DNA of 64,000 bases, taken from the NCBI GenBank assembly GCA_964489445.1, contig CAZAYU010000001.1, forward strand, positions 274,276-338,275, in the 5' to 3' direction. Made by a program: the position numbers and the translations under genes. Position 1 is the stretch's first letter. Each line of letters starts with the position of its first letter. The notes under the pieces were generated by a model that saw nothing but the letters and a program-made list of their open reading frames with translations, was not told the origin of the DNA and did no database searches. Below, one piece after another: positions 19,738 through 30,626 of this stretch. Source of the stretch: an uncultured Planctomycetia bacterium (GTDB lineage Bacteria; Omnitrophota; Gorgyraeia; Duberdicusellales; 4484-171).

Positions 19738-21051
19738 TTATGATTCAACTAACGCAAACATTAAATCTGCCTCAGAAACCACATTATTATTGACTAACGC
19801 TTTAGTGTGTACTGTTCCAGTTCTGCTCCTGATTTTTCCCGACACAACCTCAATCACTAATTGGTCCCCAGGGACTACAGTCCGACGAAATTTAACATTA
19901 TTGGCAGCCATAAAATAAGCTAATTTTCCTTTATGCTCTTCGCAAGCAAGCATCAAGACCCCGCCTACCTGGGCCATTGCCTCAACAATCAACACGCCAG
20001 GCATAACTGGCCGGCCAGGAAAATGACCTTGGAAAAAATATTCGTTCATGGTCACATTTTTTATACCGATTGCTTTTTTTCCTTTTTCTAAATGGACTAC
20101 TCTGTCTACCAATAAAAATGGATAACGATGCGGTAATATTTGCATTATTTCTTCAGCGTTAAGCTCTTCCTTACCCGAAACATAAGCAATTTGTGAAGCT
20201 ATACCTGCACTTTGCTTCTTCTCTTGATACTTACGTAATTTTCTTAGCAAGCGAAGGTTTAACGAGTGCCCTCCTCGAATAGCGATAATGTGCCCTTTAA
20301 GAGGACCGATTAAATATAAATCTCCGATTAAATCTAAAATTTTATGCTTTACAAACTCATCGCTGCACCTTAAAGTGTTATCAACTACTCCTTTTTCTGA
20401 AACAACTAAAGTATTTTTATAGTTAGCGCCCTTGCCTAAGCCAATATCTAATAACGGTTTAACTTCACTTTCCAAACAGAATGTTCTTGCTTGATAAACA
20501 TTATCTTCCAATGATCCATTTACAATTACATCCCCATAGCCAGAGCCAATCAGCTTATTGTCGTAGTCTAAAACATATGATACCCGTAAATTAGAACAAG
20601 GTAAAATCGCGATGCTCATCATTCCTTCTTCTACCCAGAGAGGATCACGGATAACCAAATATTTGCGTTGTGCATCTTGAATTTTTAATCCTACTTCTTT
20701 TATCTTAACAACAAATTCCTTGGCACTTCCATCCAATCCGGGAACTTCATCGCCCCAAATATTTATCTGAATATTATCAACGCCTAAAAGATGCAACGCA
20801 GCCATAAGATGCTCAATGGTATGAACATAAACACCGTCAGCACCAATAGAAGTCCGTCGCAAAAATTTTTCCGGATCCAAGGTAGAATAACAATTAGCCT
20901 TAATCAACGCCGAAGATTTAATATCCTTTCGTAAAAAAACTACTCCAGTATTCACCGCTGCCGGCAAAAATTCTACTCTAGCATTTTTCCCACCATGAAG
21001 CCCGATACCTTCAAATTCGATTCTTTGGTTGATTGTTCTTTGCTTTTCCAT
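19738..21051 (-). CDS. lpxC: Bifunctional LpxC deacetylase / FabZ dehydratase
   Basis: TIEHLMAAL and HKILDLIGDL (LpxC); LPHRYPFLLVD and GHFPGRPVMPGVL (FabZ). Confidence 0.95.
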   Translation of the reverse strand: MEKQRTINQRIEFEGIGLHGGKNARVEFLPAAVNTGVVFLRKDIKSSALIKANCYSTLDPEKFLRRTSIGADGVYVHTIEHLMAALHLLGVDNIQINIWGDEVPGLDGSAKEFVVKIKEVGLKIQDAQRKYLVIRDPLWVEEGMMSIAILPCSNLRVSYVLDYDNKLIGSGYGDVIVNGSLEDNVYQARTFCLESEVKPLLDIGLGKGANYKNTLVVSEKGVVDNTLRCSDEFVKHKILDLIGDLYLIGPLKGHIIAIRGGHSLNLRLLRKLRKYQEKKQSAGIASQIAYVSGKEELNAEEIMQILPHRYPFLLVDRVVHLEKGKKAIGIKNVTMNEYFFQGHFPGRPVMPGVLIVEAMAQVGGVLMLACEEHKGKLAYFMAANNVKFRRTVVPGDQLVIEVVSGKIRSRTGTVHTKALVNNNVVSEADLMFALVES

Positions 21052-21205
21052 AACTCTCCAATACTTAGTGGTTATATAATTAATATTTTAGTAGTTCTCG
21101 GCGAGGTTCTGTTACCTCCTAAAAAGTCACACACTTCTACCCCCCCCCCGGAAGACAACTATAATCTTTATAGAATGTTAAGCTTAATAGTATTTTTTAT
21201 AACTA

Positions 21206-22243
21206 TTATTTTGCAGCAATTTTATTTTCTAGCTCAATTATTTTACTTTCTAATTCTTTTATTTTCTTGTAAAGATTAGGAAGATTTTGCACGCAAGCGT
21301 TAACTTTTCTGGCAATTTCATGCGGCTTTGCCGGATATCCAGATACTTTTATTCCGGAGGCAATAGATTTTGTAACTCCGGCTTGAGCAGCAACAATTGC
21401 TTTATCCCCTATGTAAATATGACCCACTACTCCCGCTTGTCCGGCTAAAATAACTCCATCTCCTAATACAGTACTTCCGGAAATACCTGCCTGAGCCACA
21501 ATAATACAATTTTTTCCAGTAGTCACATTATGAGCAATCTGGACCAAATTGTCCACTTTAGTGCCTTTGCCAATAACTGTTTTATCAAAACGAGCCCTAT
21601 CTATAGTTACATTTGCTCCGATCTCTACATCATCCTCAATAGACACAGTGCCTATCTGGGGTATCTTTTTCTGTATTCCCCTGACCATTGCAAACCCAAA
21701 ACCATCACTACCAATAACAGCCCCAGAGTGAATGATCACCCGCTCTCCTATTTCTACACGCTCTCTTATAGCCACATGTGGGTAAATAAGACAATTCTTG
21801 CCCACACAAGTATTTCGACCAACATAGCAACCACTATAAATCACGCTTCCACTTGCGACAGAAACTCCATCTTCAATTACAGTATACGCCCCAATGGCTA
21901 CGCCAGGACTCAATCTAGCCCTATCTGCTATTATTGCTGTTGGATGAATACCTTGAGGATGCCGAATACCATTGGGAGCCGCCAAGCTAACTACTTTAGT
22001 AAAAGCAATAGAAGGATTGTCAACTCTGATCAGTGGCTTATCTGAATCATTAATTTCCCTGGAAGTAATGACTGCTGAAGCTTTGGTCGCTTTCATTAAT
22101 GAAGAATATTTTGAATTAGCTAAAAAAGTAATATCTCCTTTTTTAGCTTCTTTAATTCCTGAAATGCCGACAATAACTATCTCCGGATCGCCAGTTAGTT
22201 CTCCGTTAACAAGATCGGCAAGCTCTTTGAGAGTATATTTCAT
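21206..22243 (-). CDS. lpxD: UDP-3-O-acyl-glucosamine N-acyltransferase
   Basis: [18 protein letters not shown], hexapeptide repeats. Confidence 0.96.
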   Translation of the reverse strand: MKYTLKELADLVNGELTGDPEIVIVGISGIKEAKKGDITFLANSKYSSLMKATKASAVITSREINDSDKPLIRVDNPSIAFTKVVSLAAPNGIRHPQGIHPTAIIADRARLSPGVAIGAYTVIEDGVSVASGSVIYSGCYVGRNTCVGKNCLIYPHVAIRERVEIGERVIIHSGAVIGSDGFGFAMVRGIQKKIPQIGTVSIEDDVEIGANVTIDRARFDKTVIGKGTKVDNLVQIAHNVTTGKNCIIVAQAGISGSTVLGDGVILAGQAGVVGHIYIGDKAIVAAQAGVTKSIASGIKVSGYPAKPHEIARKVNACVQNLPNLYKKIKELESKIIELENKIAAK

Positions 22244-22752
22244 TTTTTCTTAAATTGTTGATTAGAAATCTTTAAAACTCTATCGGTGATATTAATAACA
22301 TTGTCATCGCCATACAAAACAGAGTTTTCACTAATAATTAAATTAAACTTTTCTTGTTTTGCATATTCTTTAATGACCTTGCGTATATCTTCTACTATTT
22401 CCTGCATTTTTTCATCACGTGCTTTTTTAATATCTGTAAAAGCAGACCTTTCTAAATCACGATACGCTTTAACCTTAGCCATAATTTTTTCTTCTTCTTT
22501 TACTTTTTCGCCTTCATTTAACAATTCTAATTTGCTTTGCATTTTTTCGATATCTTTTTTCTTGCCTTCTAATTTCTTTTCGATTTCCCCTTTCTTCTTT
22601 TCTAAAGTCGCATCATAATCCTTAGTTTTATCATATTCATTAAATACTCCAAAAACATCCACATACCCAATCTTTAAATCTTGAGCAAAACTATTACAAG
22701 TAAAAGATAAAACCACTCCCAGAATCAATAAATATACTAAACTCTTTTTCAT
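22240..22752 (-). CDS. skp: OmpH/Skp periplasmic chaperone
   Basis: Signal peptide, KIGYVD, coiled coil, NITDRVL; between bamA and lpxD. Confidence 0.9.
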   Translation of the reverse strand: MKKSLVYLLILGVVLSFTCNSFAQDLKIGYVDVFGVFNEYDKTKDYDATLEKKKGEIEKKLEGKKKDIEKMQSKLELLNEGEKVKEEEKIMAKVKAYRDLERSAFTDIKKARDEKMQEIVEDIRKVIKEYAKQEKFNLIISENSVLYGDDNVINITDRVLKISNQQFKKK

Positions 22753-22772
22753 TTTTCCCCCCTTTTTTTTTA

Positions 22773-25064
22773 TTAAAATGCTCTACTAACATTAAAATGA
22801 AACCTTCCGCTTTTCGTCTCTTCCCCTGGTTCAAGGTCTAACGGCCAACCATAATCAACACTAACCGGACCTATAGGAGTCTTCACCCTCAAGCCTAAGC
22901 CAACGCTGGAATATAGATTTCCTGTCAAAAAATCACTATTTTTTGCCCACACATTACCCGTATCAAAAAAAGTAGCTACTTTTAAAAAGTCAGCACAAGG
23001 ATAGGTATATTCGATATTCCCCACAAACATCGCCTCTCCCCCTAAAGGATCATTATCTGAATCGACAGGTCCAACCTTTCTCTCTCGATACCCTCTGATT
23101 GTTGAAGCACCCCCAGCAAAAAACCGTTCATAGATTGGAACTCTACTAGTATCTGAGAAAGGATCAGAAATCCCCCCTCTTAAACGTAACTCGATTACTG
23201 ATTTATTTATGGTTGGAAAATAAAAACTAACCCTATTAAAATATTTAATAAAATCTTTATCCCCACCTAATGGACCACCAAAATATTGCAAAACATTTCT
23301 AAAATAAATTCCTTTTAGCGTAGAAAAAACATTATCTCGACTATCATAGCTTAAAGATAATTCCACACTGCTTAAGTTGTTATCTCCTTCTTCCTCTACT
23401 AATTCTGAATTTCTATCTTCAACATCTGAAATCTCCACTCTTTCTAAACGATACGCAACACCACCACTCCAATAATCATTAAACTCTCTTCCTAAACGTA
23501 AATCACCTCCGGTAATTTTTTGTTCATACCCATACCCAACATCTTTATTTCTTTTATGCCCCTTTTTGTAAACATCAAAACCAAAAGAAACCGGCTTATC
23601 AAAAATCCAAGGATTAGTAAAACTCAATTGATAACGGTCGGTTATTGACCCCATGCTAAACATTAAAGTTAAATCCTGCCCAGCACCAGTAAAAGTAGAA
23701 AAATTGCGATAATCAAAATTTCTCTGACGCAATTCAACAAACCCTACAAATTCATCAATCGAGCTATATCCTCCGCCAAAGCTAAAATATCCTGTCTTTG
23801 CCTCTTTTGTATCAACAATTAAATCTACATAATCAGGCTCTGTGCCTGGCTCTGTGCCAAACCGTATTTCCTCAAAAAACCCTAGATTCTCCAGTCTTTC
23901 CTTGCTTTTACGTACTTTTTTTCCGTCAAACTTATCACCAGGATATATCCTCAGTTCACGTCTGATTACTTTATCTTTAGTTTTTACATTCCCTTTAATT
24001 TCAATATCTTCAATGTAAGCAACTTCTCTTTCTGCTATATTGTAAGTAACATCCACTTTTCCTGTCTGTGGGTTCAACACGCTCAAAGGTTCAACGCTAG
24101 AAAATATATACCCCCGATCAACATACACCTCGCGGATATTTGAAGCATCTTCGTAAACCGCCTGTTCACTAAAAATACTTTCTTTGTTTAATGTTTCTGC
24201 CTTGCGAATCTCAGATAGGGAAACATTTTTATTTCCTTCGACAAATATCTCGCCCACATAATAACGTTTTCCCTCTTGAATACTTACCGTAACATAGACA
24301 CCTTTCGGTTGGTACTCAAACTGAACACCAACGGCTACATCACTATACCCTTTAAGTCGATAATAATCTTCTACCCTTCGAACATCATCTTGCAAAACAT
24401 CTTCTTTAAAAAGGCCTCGATTAAATAACCAGGCTTTTCGAGTTTTCATTAATTTTAATATTCTTCTGGTACTTATTGATTTATTGCCGTCGATAATAAC
24501 TTTACGTACTTTTAACACTTTCTTTTCGTCAATTATAAATTTTACTTCAACTTTATTATCAGCCTTGCGATTAATCAGTTGATAATTAATCTCTGCCTGA
24601 GAAAATCCCTTTTTAATGTATAGGTCTTTGATTTTTCGCACTGCTTCCTTGACTTTGTATTCATCGGTAAACGCCCCTTCTTTAATATCAATTACTTCTA
24701 AAATTCGCTTTGCCCGGATAAATTTATCTCCCTCAATAATTATTTTCGCTAGAACCGGCTTTTCTTTTACCTTGAAAACAACAACCACCCCTCCCGGAGC
24801 ATCTTCTCTTTCTGCGGTAACATCCTCGAAAAAACCTTCCGCATATAAATTCTTTACATCGGAATTTATAACATTTTCATTGTACGGCTGCCCAGCTCTA
24901 ATCTTTATTCTGGACACTATAGTCGCATCACTAACAATCTCGTTGCCTTCAATATCGATCCGAAAAACAGCTTCCTGAGAAAATCCGTTAAAAGTAAACA
25001 GCAAAGAAACTAAGAAAAGACCAACCACATGAACTTTTTTAACTAATTTAACTTTTTTCCCCAC
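22773..25064 (-). CDS. bamA: Outer membrane protein assembly factor BamA
   Basis: POTRA domains, TKDKVIRREL, IRGYR, C-terminal FHFNVSRAF. Confidence 0.95.
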   Translation of the reverse strand: MGKKVKLVKKVHVVGLFLVSLLFTFNGFSQEAVFRIDIEGNEIVSDATIVSRIKIRAGQPYNENVINSDVKNLYAEGFFEDVTAEREDAPGGVVVVFKVKEKPVLAKIIIEGDKFIRAKRILEVIDIKEGAFTDEYKVKEAVRKIKDLYIKKGFSQAEINYQLINRKADNKVEVKFIIDEKKVLKVRKVIIDGNKSISTRRILKLMKTRKAWLFNRGLFKEDVLQDDVRRVEDYYRLKGYSDVAVGVQFEYQPKGVYVTVSIQEGKRYYVGEIFVEGNKNVSLSEIRKAETLNKESIFSEQAVYEDASNIREVYVDRGYIFSSVEPLSVLNPQTGKVDVTYNIAEREVAYIEDIEIKGNVKTKDKVIRRELRIYPGDKFDGKKVRKSKERLENLGFFEEIRFGTEPGTEPDYVDLIVDTKEAKTGYFSFGGGYSSIDEFVGFVELRQRNFDYRNFSTFTGAGQDLTLMFSMGSITDRYQLSFTNPWIFDKPVSFGFDVYKKGHKRNKDVGYGYEQKITGGDLRLGREFNDYWSGGVAYRLERVEISDVEDRNSELVEEEGDNNLSSVELSLSYDSRDNVFSTLKGIYFRNVLQYFGGPLGGDKDFIKYFNRVSFYFPTINKSVIELRLRGGISDPFSDTSRVPIYERFFAGGASTIRGYRERKVGPVDSDNDPLGGEAMFVGNIEYTYPCADFLKVATFFDTGNVWAKNSDFLTGNLYSSVGLGLRVKTPIGPVSVDYGWPLDLEPGEETKSGRFHFNVSRAF

Positions 25065-25117
25065 ATTAACTCCTCTTTTTTATCAGGACATTAACCCTTA
25101 ATATTTTATATTGTCAT

Positions 25118-25146
25118 ATTATAAAACCAACATTACCTAAAGTCAA
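25118..25146 (-). promoter_or_regulatory. Sigma70-type promoter for the bamA-skp-lpxD operon
   Basis: Minus strand TTGACT-N17-TATAAT. Confidence 0.7.
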
Positions 25147-25207
25147 CCCTTCAGAGGATCTCTTTGCTGTTTTTAAATAATATAGTGTAGAATGACTATA
25201 GCACTGT

Positions 25208-25245
25208 AGCTTTAGTTTACAGAAAGTAATCTGTAAACTAAAGCT
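25208..25245. terminator. 16-bp perfect hairpin downstream of dnaB
   Basis: agctttagtttacaga-aagtaa-tctgtaaactaaagct; no clear U-tract. Confidence 0.55.
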
Positions 25246-25258
25246 GGATTAAGCTATT

Positions 25259-26611
25259 TTAAATTTCTTTTTCTCTGGATAAATCACAGAACTTAGTAAA
25301 TTCTTTTAAAAAAGTTAATTGAAGACTTCCTACTGGGCCATTACGCTGTTTAGCAATAATGACTTCTGCTTTTCCCATATTCTCTTCTGTAGGATTATAG
25401 TACTCCTCTCTAAACAATAAAATTACAACATCAGCATCTTGCTCAATAGCTCCTGATTCTCTTAAGTCAGACAGCTTAGGACGATGCCCTTCCCGAGACT
25501 CAACCGCTCGTGATAATTGGCTAATAGCAATAACCGGGACATTTAACTCTTTCGCCAAAGCCTTTAGGCCTTGAGAAATCTCTGATATTTCTTGCTGGCG
25601 ACTATCACCCTTGCGTACCCCACGAAGTAATTGCAAATAATCAACTAAGATAAGCTGAACATTGTGATGCGCCTTTAGCCTTCTAGCCTTTGCACGAATA
25701 TCAAAAATATTTAACATCGGAGTATCATCAATATATATCGGAGCTTCCGATAATTTCCCAGCAGCACCGGTTAAAATCGGCCATTCTGACGGAGCAAGAA
25801 ACCCAGTACGTACCCTGTTTAATTCCACTTTTGCTTCTGAACATAAAAAACGCTGGATTAGCTGCTCTTTGGACATTTCTAGACTAAAAATCGCTACCGG
25901 TATGTTTTCCTCCAGCGCAACATAGCTAGCAATAGACGTTCCAAAAGCACTCTTACCCATTGAAGGCCTGCCAGCAGCAATAATTAGATCACCTTTTTGT
26001 AAGCCAGCAGTTTTTAAATCAAAATCCTTAAATCCTGTAGGTATTCCGGTTACATGCGATTTTTTATGATAAAGAGATTCAATTAGTTCAATGCCGTCTT
26101 TGATAATATCCTTAATGTGGACATACCCTCCTTCAATCCGCTTGTCACTTATTTCAAAAATAAGTTTTTCCGCCTTATCTAGCATACTGCCTACTTCTTC
26201 TTCCCCCTTGTACACTAAGGAAGAAATCATATTAGAAGTATTTATCAACGAACGCAAGATTCCTTTCTCTTTAACGATACGCGCATAATGAGAAGCGTTG
26301 GCGGACGCCGGAACAAAATCTGACAAGGTGGCTAAATATGCTGTGCCCCCTGCTTTTTCTAGTAATTTTTTCTTGTTCAAGTATTCAGAAACAGTCAAAA
26401 TATCGATTTTTTGGCGAATATCAAAAAGTGAGATCATACTATTAAAAATTATTTTATGCTCATTCTTGTAAAAAAAGCTTTCATCAATAATTTCTAAAAC
26501 TTCCGAGATAACCTTTTCGTCAATGAGCATTGCTCCTAATGTAGCCATCTCTGCTTCAATGTTTTGTGGGGGAATTTTATTTAAGTCTTGGATAGAAGTT
26601 TCTGCGGCCAT
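25259..26611 (-). CDS. dnaB: Replicative DNA helicase
   Basis: PPQNIEAE, GRPSMGKS, VDYLQL, LRESGAIEQDAD, KQRNGP. Confidence 0.97.
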   Translation of the reverse strand: MAAETSIQDLNKIPPQNIEAEMATLGAMLIDEKVISEVLEIIDESFFYKNEHKIIFNSMISLFDIRQKIDILTVSEYLNKKKLLEKAGGTAYLATLSDFVPASANASHYARIVKEKGILRSLINTSNMISSLVYKGEEEVGSMLDKAEKLIFEISDKRIEGGYVHIKDIIKDGIELIESLYHKKSHVTGIPTGFKDFDLKTAGLQKGDLIIAAGRPSMGKSAFGTSIASYVALEENIPVAIFSLEMSKEQLIQRFLCSEAKVELNRVRTGFLAPSEWPILTGAAGKLSEAPIYIDDTPMLNIFDIRAKARRLKAHHNVQLILVDYLQLLRGVRKGDSRQQEISEISQGLKALAKELNVPVIAISQLSRAVESREGHRPKLSDLRESGAIEQDADVVILLFREEYYNPTEENMGKAEVIIAKQRNGPVGSLQLTFLKEFTKFCDLSREKEI

Positions 26612-26754
26612 ATTAGTGTTTTCGGTTTAATTCGCTAAAAATCCTAAAAAGCGTTATCGTCTGATCTAAAAAACCACGCCAATTTTGGATATATTTCATC
26701 CTAGGAGAGCCTAAATAATATTATTTTAGAATCAAAAAAAGAATAAAATAGTGT

Positions 26755-27198
26755 CTATTTCTTCACTATCCAAATACGCAAACTACCTTCAACCTGAGGA
26801 TAAATATTCACTTTAACATTATACACGCCAATTTTTTTAATCGGTCCTTCAAGTGCTAACATTCCTTTCTTTAGAGATATTCCTTCAGCACTTAGAAGCT
26901 TTATAATCTGTCCTTCGTTAATGGCTCCATACAACTCATCATTCTCTTTTGCTTCAGTGGCAATAGTCAACGAAGTATTGTCTATCTTTTTCTTCATTTC
27001 CAGAAAATCATATTTTTCTTTTTCCACGATATGCTTTCTTGCGCTCTCAATTTCTTTCAGTTTCTTAAAATTACCTTTCGTAGCCACAAGAGCGAAACCT
27101 CCGGGAATAAGATAATTACGTGCATATCCTTCTTTAACCTCTACCGACTCACCCTTTTTACCAACTTTTTTTATGTCTTTAAGAAGTATTATTTCCAC
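26755..27198 (-). CDS. rplI: 50S ribosomal protein L9
   Basis: VKEGYARNYLIP, LYGAI, PIKKIG. Confidence 0.96.
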   Translation of the reverse strand: MEIILLKDIKKVGKKGESVEVKEGYARNYLIPGGFALVATKGNFKKLKEIESARKHIVEKEKYDFLEMKKKIDNTSLTIATEAKENDELYGAINEGQIIKLLSAEGISLKKGMLALEGPIKKIGVYNVKVNIYPQVEGSLRIWIVKK

Positions 27199-27251
27199 TT
27201 AATTCCACTCCTTTTTAAATTAAATTAATTTTATTAAATTAGCTACACAAT

Positions 27252-27515
27252 TTAAGAAATTAGTCGTCCGGTATACGGAAGCAAATTTAAAAACCTTGCT
27301 CTTTTAATTTCCCGTGATACCTTACGCTGATGCTTAGCACAAGTACCGCTAATTCGCCGAGAAAGAATTTTTCCCCTTGAAGACATATAGCGGGTAAGCA
27401 GCTCGACATTTTTGTAATCAATATCTAAAGTATTTTTACAAAAAACGCAATTCTTTTTAAATTTTGTTTTTGTCCGGATAATCTTTTTGGGATCAATCAT
27501 TTTTTTCTTAATCAT
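27252..27515 (-). CDS. rpsR: 30S ribosomal protein S18 (Zn-binding form)
   Basis: [29 protein letters not shown]. Confidence 0.96.
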   Translation of the reverse strand: MIKKKMIDPKKIIRTKTKFKKNCVFCKNTLDIDYKNVELLTRYMSSRGKILSRRISGTCAKHQRKVSREIKRARFLNLLPYTGRLIS

Positions 27516-27516
27516 T

Positions 27517-27942
27517 TTAAATCGCCTCTCCTAATTCTTTACTATCACTTTCTAAATTAAGCATCTCTTCCGGCTGCTTGCCTAGATCAACGCCCGCGGT
27601 TTCCTGCCTTGCCCCTTGAGGCATAAATTGCACTCGCGAAGCAATGACTTCCAAGATACTTCTATTTTGCCCTTCATTATTCTGCCAAGACCTTGACTGC
27701 AACCTTCCCTCAACAAATACTTGCCGTCCTTTCTGTAGGTACTGATTGCATACTTCGGCCATTTGCCGCCAAACCACAACGCTTAGAAAGCAAGTATCTT
27801 TTTGTTGCTGGCCGTCTTTATCCTTGAACAGTCTGTTAACTGCTATCCGCAAAGTAGTTACAGCTGTTCCTTGCGGAGTATACCTTAGCTCTGGGTCCTT
27901 AGTCAAATTTCCCACCAAAAATACCTTGTTAAGACTTACCAT
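27517..27942 (-). CDS. ssb: Single-stranded DNA-binding protein
   Basis: [29 protein letters not shown]; start set to the ATG at 27942 after an SD. Confidence 0.95.
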   Translation of the reverse strand: MVSLNKVFLVGNLTKDPELRYTPQGTAVTTLRIAVNRLFKDKDGQQQKDTCFLSVVVWRQMAEVCNQYLQKGRQVFVEGRLQSRSWQNNEGQNRSILEVIASRVQFMPQGARQETAGVDLGKQPEEMLNLESDSKELGEAI

Positions 27943-27998
27943 ACCTCGCCCTCCTAGACAATCAAATATCAATCTGAAAATTAATCACAAACATAAAG

Positions 27999-28331
27999 CT
28001 ATTTTTTTATAAGTTCGTGCTTTGCCCGATTTAAAATTACATTACGCAATACTCTTTCTTCTAACCTAATTAGCTCTCTTAACTTAGGCAGGTTGTCAGT
28101 TCCTAACGTGAAATTAACCAGCCAATAAGTTCCTTTGTAATATTTTTTTTTCTCTGCTCCGCGACTTCTTAAAAAATAATAAAAAGTTCTTTCTTTCGCC
28201 CAAATTTTTGAAGAATTAACTTTACCTTGCAAATCACTAATCTTTTTAGAAATCTTCTCTGCGATCTCCTCTTGTTCGTTCTCTGTTAAGTCCGGTCTTA
28301 AAATTACCATGCTTTCGTAATATCTATCCAC
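27999..28331 (-). CDS. rpsF: 30S ribosomal protein S6
   Basis: YESMVILRPDL, ERVLR; rpsF-ssb-rpsR order. Confidence 0.93.
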   Translation of the reverse strand: MDRYYESMVILRPDLTENEQEEIAEKISKKISDLQGKVNSSKIWAKERTFYYFLRSRGAEKKKYYKGTYWLVNFTLGTDNLPKLRELIRLEERVLRNVILNRAKHELIKK

Positions 28332-28363
28332 TTATTCCTCCTTGATACATCTAGTAATCACTT

Positions 28364-28921
28364 CTAATTATATTTTCTCATAACATAATCAGTACCTTGT
28401 TTGATCCAATCTATACAAGCTGAAGCTGAATCAGCGATAACGCCCGTTAAATCACTACTCTCGTCTTCAGTAAAGTCTGAAAGAACATATTGTGATAATC
28501 CACAGCCCTCTGGCTGCCCAATGCCAATTCTCAATCGGCTTACGCTATTCGTGTCCAAAGCACTAATTATTGAATTCATCCCTTGATGTCCTCCAGATGA
28601 ACCTTTTGTTTTTAACTTTACCCTACCCAATGACAGGTGTATGTCATCATAAATAATTAAAAAATCGTTTACCAAAGAGCCGTATTTATTTAGCACGCCC
28701 TCAACACATAAACCAGAATTATTCATAAATGTAGACGGCTTTACTAATATCACTTCAGTTTGCTTTACTTTTATTCCAGCGATCTTTGCTTTTAACCTGA
28801 GATATCTTTTAAATTTAAGGTGCTTGGCATCAGCTAACTTATCTAACACCATGTATCCAACATTATGCCTATTTTTCCTGTACTTTGCTCCGGGGTTACC
28901 TAAACCAAAAATAATCTTCAC
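28364..28921 (-). CDS. pth: Peptidyl-tRNA hydrolase
   Basis: GLGNPG, RHNVG, KPSTFMNNSG, GGHQG, RLRIGIG. Confidence 0.96.
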   Translation of the reverse strand: MKIIFGLGNPGAKYRKNRHNVGYMVLDKLADAKHLKFKRYLRLKAKIAGIKVKQTEVILVKPSTFMNNSGLCVEGVLNKYGSLVNDFLIIYDDIHLSLGRVKLKTKGSSGGHQGMNSIISALDTNSVSRLRIGIGQPEGCGLSQYVLSDFTEDESSDLTGVIADSASACIDWIKQGTDYVMRKYN

Positions 28922-28981
28922 TTCCCCTATACAGCCCTCCTTAAACCTTAATGCTTGCTGGACTACCGAAAATATTTTTTA

Positions 28982-29641
28982 CTATTTCTTACTATCTTTT
29001 ACCGGCTCTTCTTTCTTCGCTTTAATGACTTCTGGCTCTCCACTGGGTTCTTCCTCTTCAGCTTCCTCATCTTTTTCTTCTTTGTGCATTATCACAGTAG
29101 CCACCGCTGTTTCCGGAAAGCTTATTACTTTTAAACCTTCAGGAACATTTAAATCAGAAACATGTAAAGAATGACCTATAGCTAACTCTGTGATATCCAC
29201 TTCTATTTTCCTTGGTATGCTTAAGGGTAATCCTTCTACTTCTAATTCCCGCAAAATTTGCTCTAATTCTCCACCTTCTTTGGTTCCTTTTGCTTCTCCT
29301 TGAAGAACTATCGGAATATGCACTTTAATCTTTTCCTTCAAAGACACCTTTAAAAAGTCAATATGAATTACCACATCAGTAAGAGCGTGATACTGGACTT
29401 CTTTAATTAAAATCGGAATAGCGGATGATCCATTATCACCATTGATTTCCATATCAATTATTGTATTTTCTGAAAAATTTACCGATTTTAACATTTTAAA
29501 ACTTGCTGGCGCAATATTTATAACCATATTGGCCCCTTCACCATAAACGACTGCTGGAATTAATCCTTTGCTTCTAAACTCCTTGCATGCGCCTTTACCC
29601 GTTTTGTCTCGTATATCCGCTTTAATCTTTACTCTCTCCAT
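28982..29641 (-). CDS. rplY: 50S ribosomal protein L25/Ctc
   Basis: IPAVVYG, HIDF, acidic tail with EPEVI. Confidence 0.95.
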   Translation of the reverse strand: MERVKIKADIRDKTGKGACKEFRSKGLIPAVVYGEGANMVINIAPASFKMLKSVNFSENTIIDMEINGDNGSSAIPILIKEVQYHALTDVVIHIDFLKVSLKEKIKVHIPIVLQGEAKGTKEGGELEQILRELEVEGLPLSIPRKIEVDITELAIGHSLHVSDLNVPEGLKVISFPETAVATVIMHKEEKDEEAEEEEPSGEPEVIKAKKEEPVKDSKK

Positions 29642-29673
29642 CTGACACCTCTTGCCTCCTTATCAATAGTCAA

Positions 29674-30621
29674 TTATCTGCCTATTGAATCAAATAGTAC
29701 ACTTATTGATTTTTCAAAATGTATCCGCCGAATCGCTTCGGCAAAAAGTTCACCAACAGTAATCACTTTAATTTTTTTAATACCTTTTCCATTTTCTACC
29801 GGAATTGAGTCGGTGATAACTAAAGAATCAATATCTGAATTTTCCACTTTTTCAGTCGCTCTATTGCTAAGAACTCCATGAGTTATTGCTGCAAATATTT
29901 TCTTTGCTCCTGCTTTTTTTAAAGCTTTGGCCGCTTCCACTAAAGAAGAACCGGTGGAAATCATATCATCAACCATAATTACATTTTTTCCTTTAACTTC
30001 CCCTAAAATATTCATAACTTCCGTAGAATCAGGAGAATTACGGCGTTTATCAACAACTGCTAATTGCCCGCGAAAACGCTTAGCATAAGCCCTTGCCATT
30101 TTTACCGCGCCAACATCCGGAGCAACAACTACCAAATTAGCGAGTTTAATTTTTTTAAAATAATCAGAAAAAACATTTATTCCATATAAATGGTCTAAAG
30201 GAATATCAAAAAATCCCTGAATTTGCCCAGCATGTAAGTCAAGTGTTAGCCCCCGATTTGCTCCTGCCTCGGCTAACAAATTAGCTACTAATTTTGCTGT
30301 AATAGGTACCCGTGGTTGATCTTTTCGATCTTGACGGGCATAACCATAATAGGGAATAACAGCTGTTATCCTAGATGCGGATGCTCGTCTTAAAGCATCC
30401 AACATAACTAACAGCTCGACTAAATTATCATTAACCGGAGGACAAGTTGACTGAATAAGAAAAACATCTTTACCTCGGACATTCTCTTGTATCTCAATCC
30501 TTGTTTCTCCATCGCTAAAACGAGAAATGAATGCTCTTCCCAATTTAATATTAAGGCTCTTGCAAATCTTTGTCGCTAATTTTTTATTAGAACTTCCGCT
30601 AAATAAAACCATTTTGTCCAT
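29674..30621 (-). CDS. prs: Ribose-phosphate pyrophosphokinase
   Basis: FSDGE, YARQDRK, DLHAGQIQGFF, VDDMISTG. Confidence 0.97.
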   Translation of the reverse strand: MDKMVLFSGSSNKKLATKICKSLNIKLGRAFISRFSDGETRIEIQENVRGKDVFLIQSTCPPVNDNLVELLVMLDALRRASASRITAVIPYYGYARQDRKDQPRVPITAKLVANLLAEAGANRGLTLDLHAGQIQGFFDIPLDHLYGINVFSDYFKKIKLANLVVVAPDVGAVKMARAYAKRFRGQLAVVDKRRNSPDSTEVMNILGEVKGKNVIMVDDMISTGSSLVEAAKALKKAGAKKIFAAITHGVLSNRATEKVENSDIDSLVITDSIPVENGKGIKKIKVITVGELFAEAIRRIHFEKSISVLFDSIGR

Positions 30622-30626
30622 ATAAA

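Noticed and set aside
19738-21051. LpxC-FabZ fusion as a novelty
   Set aside because: Well known in Bacteroidota, Chlorobi and related phyla
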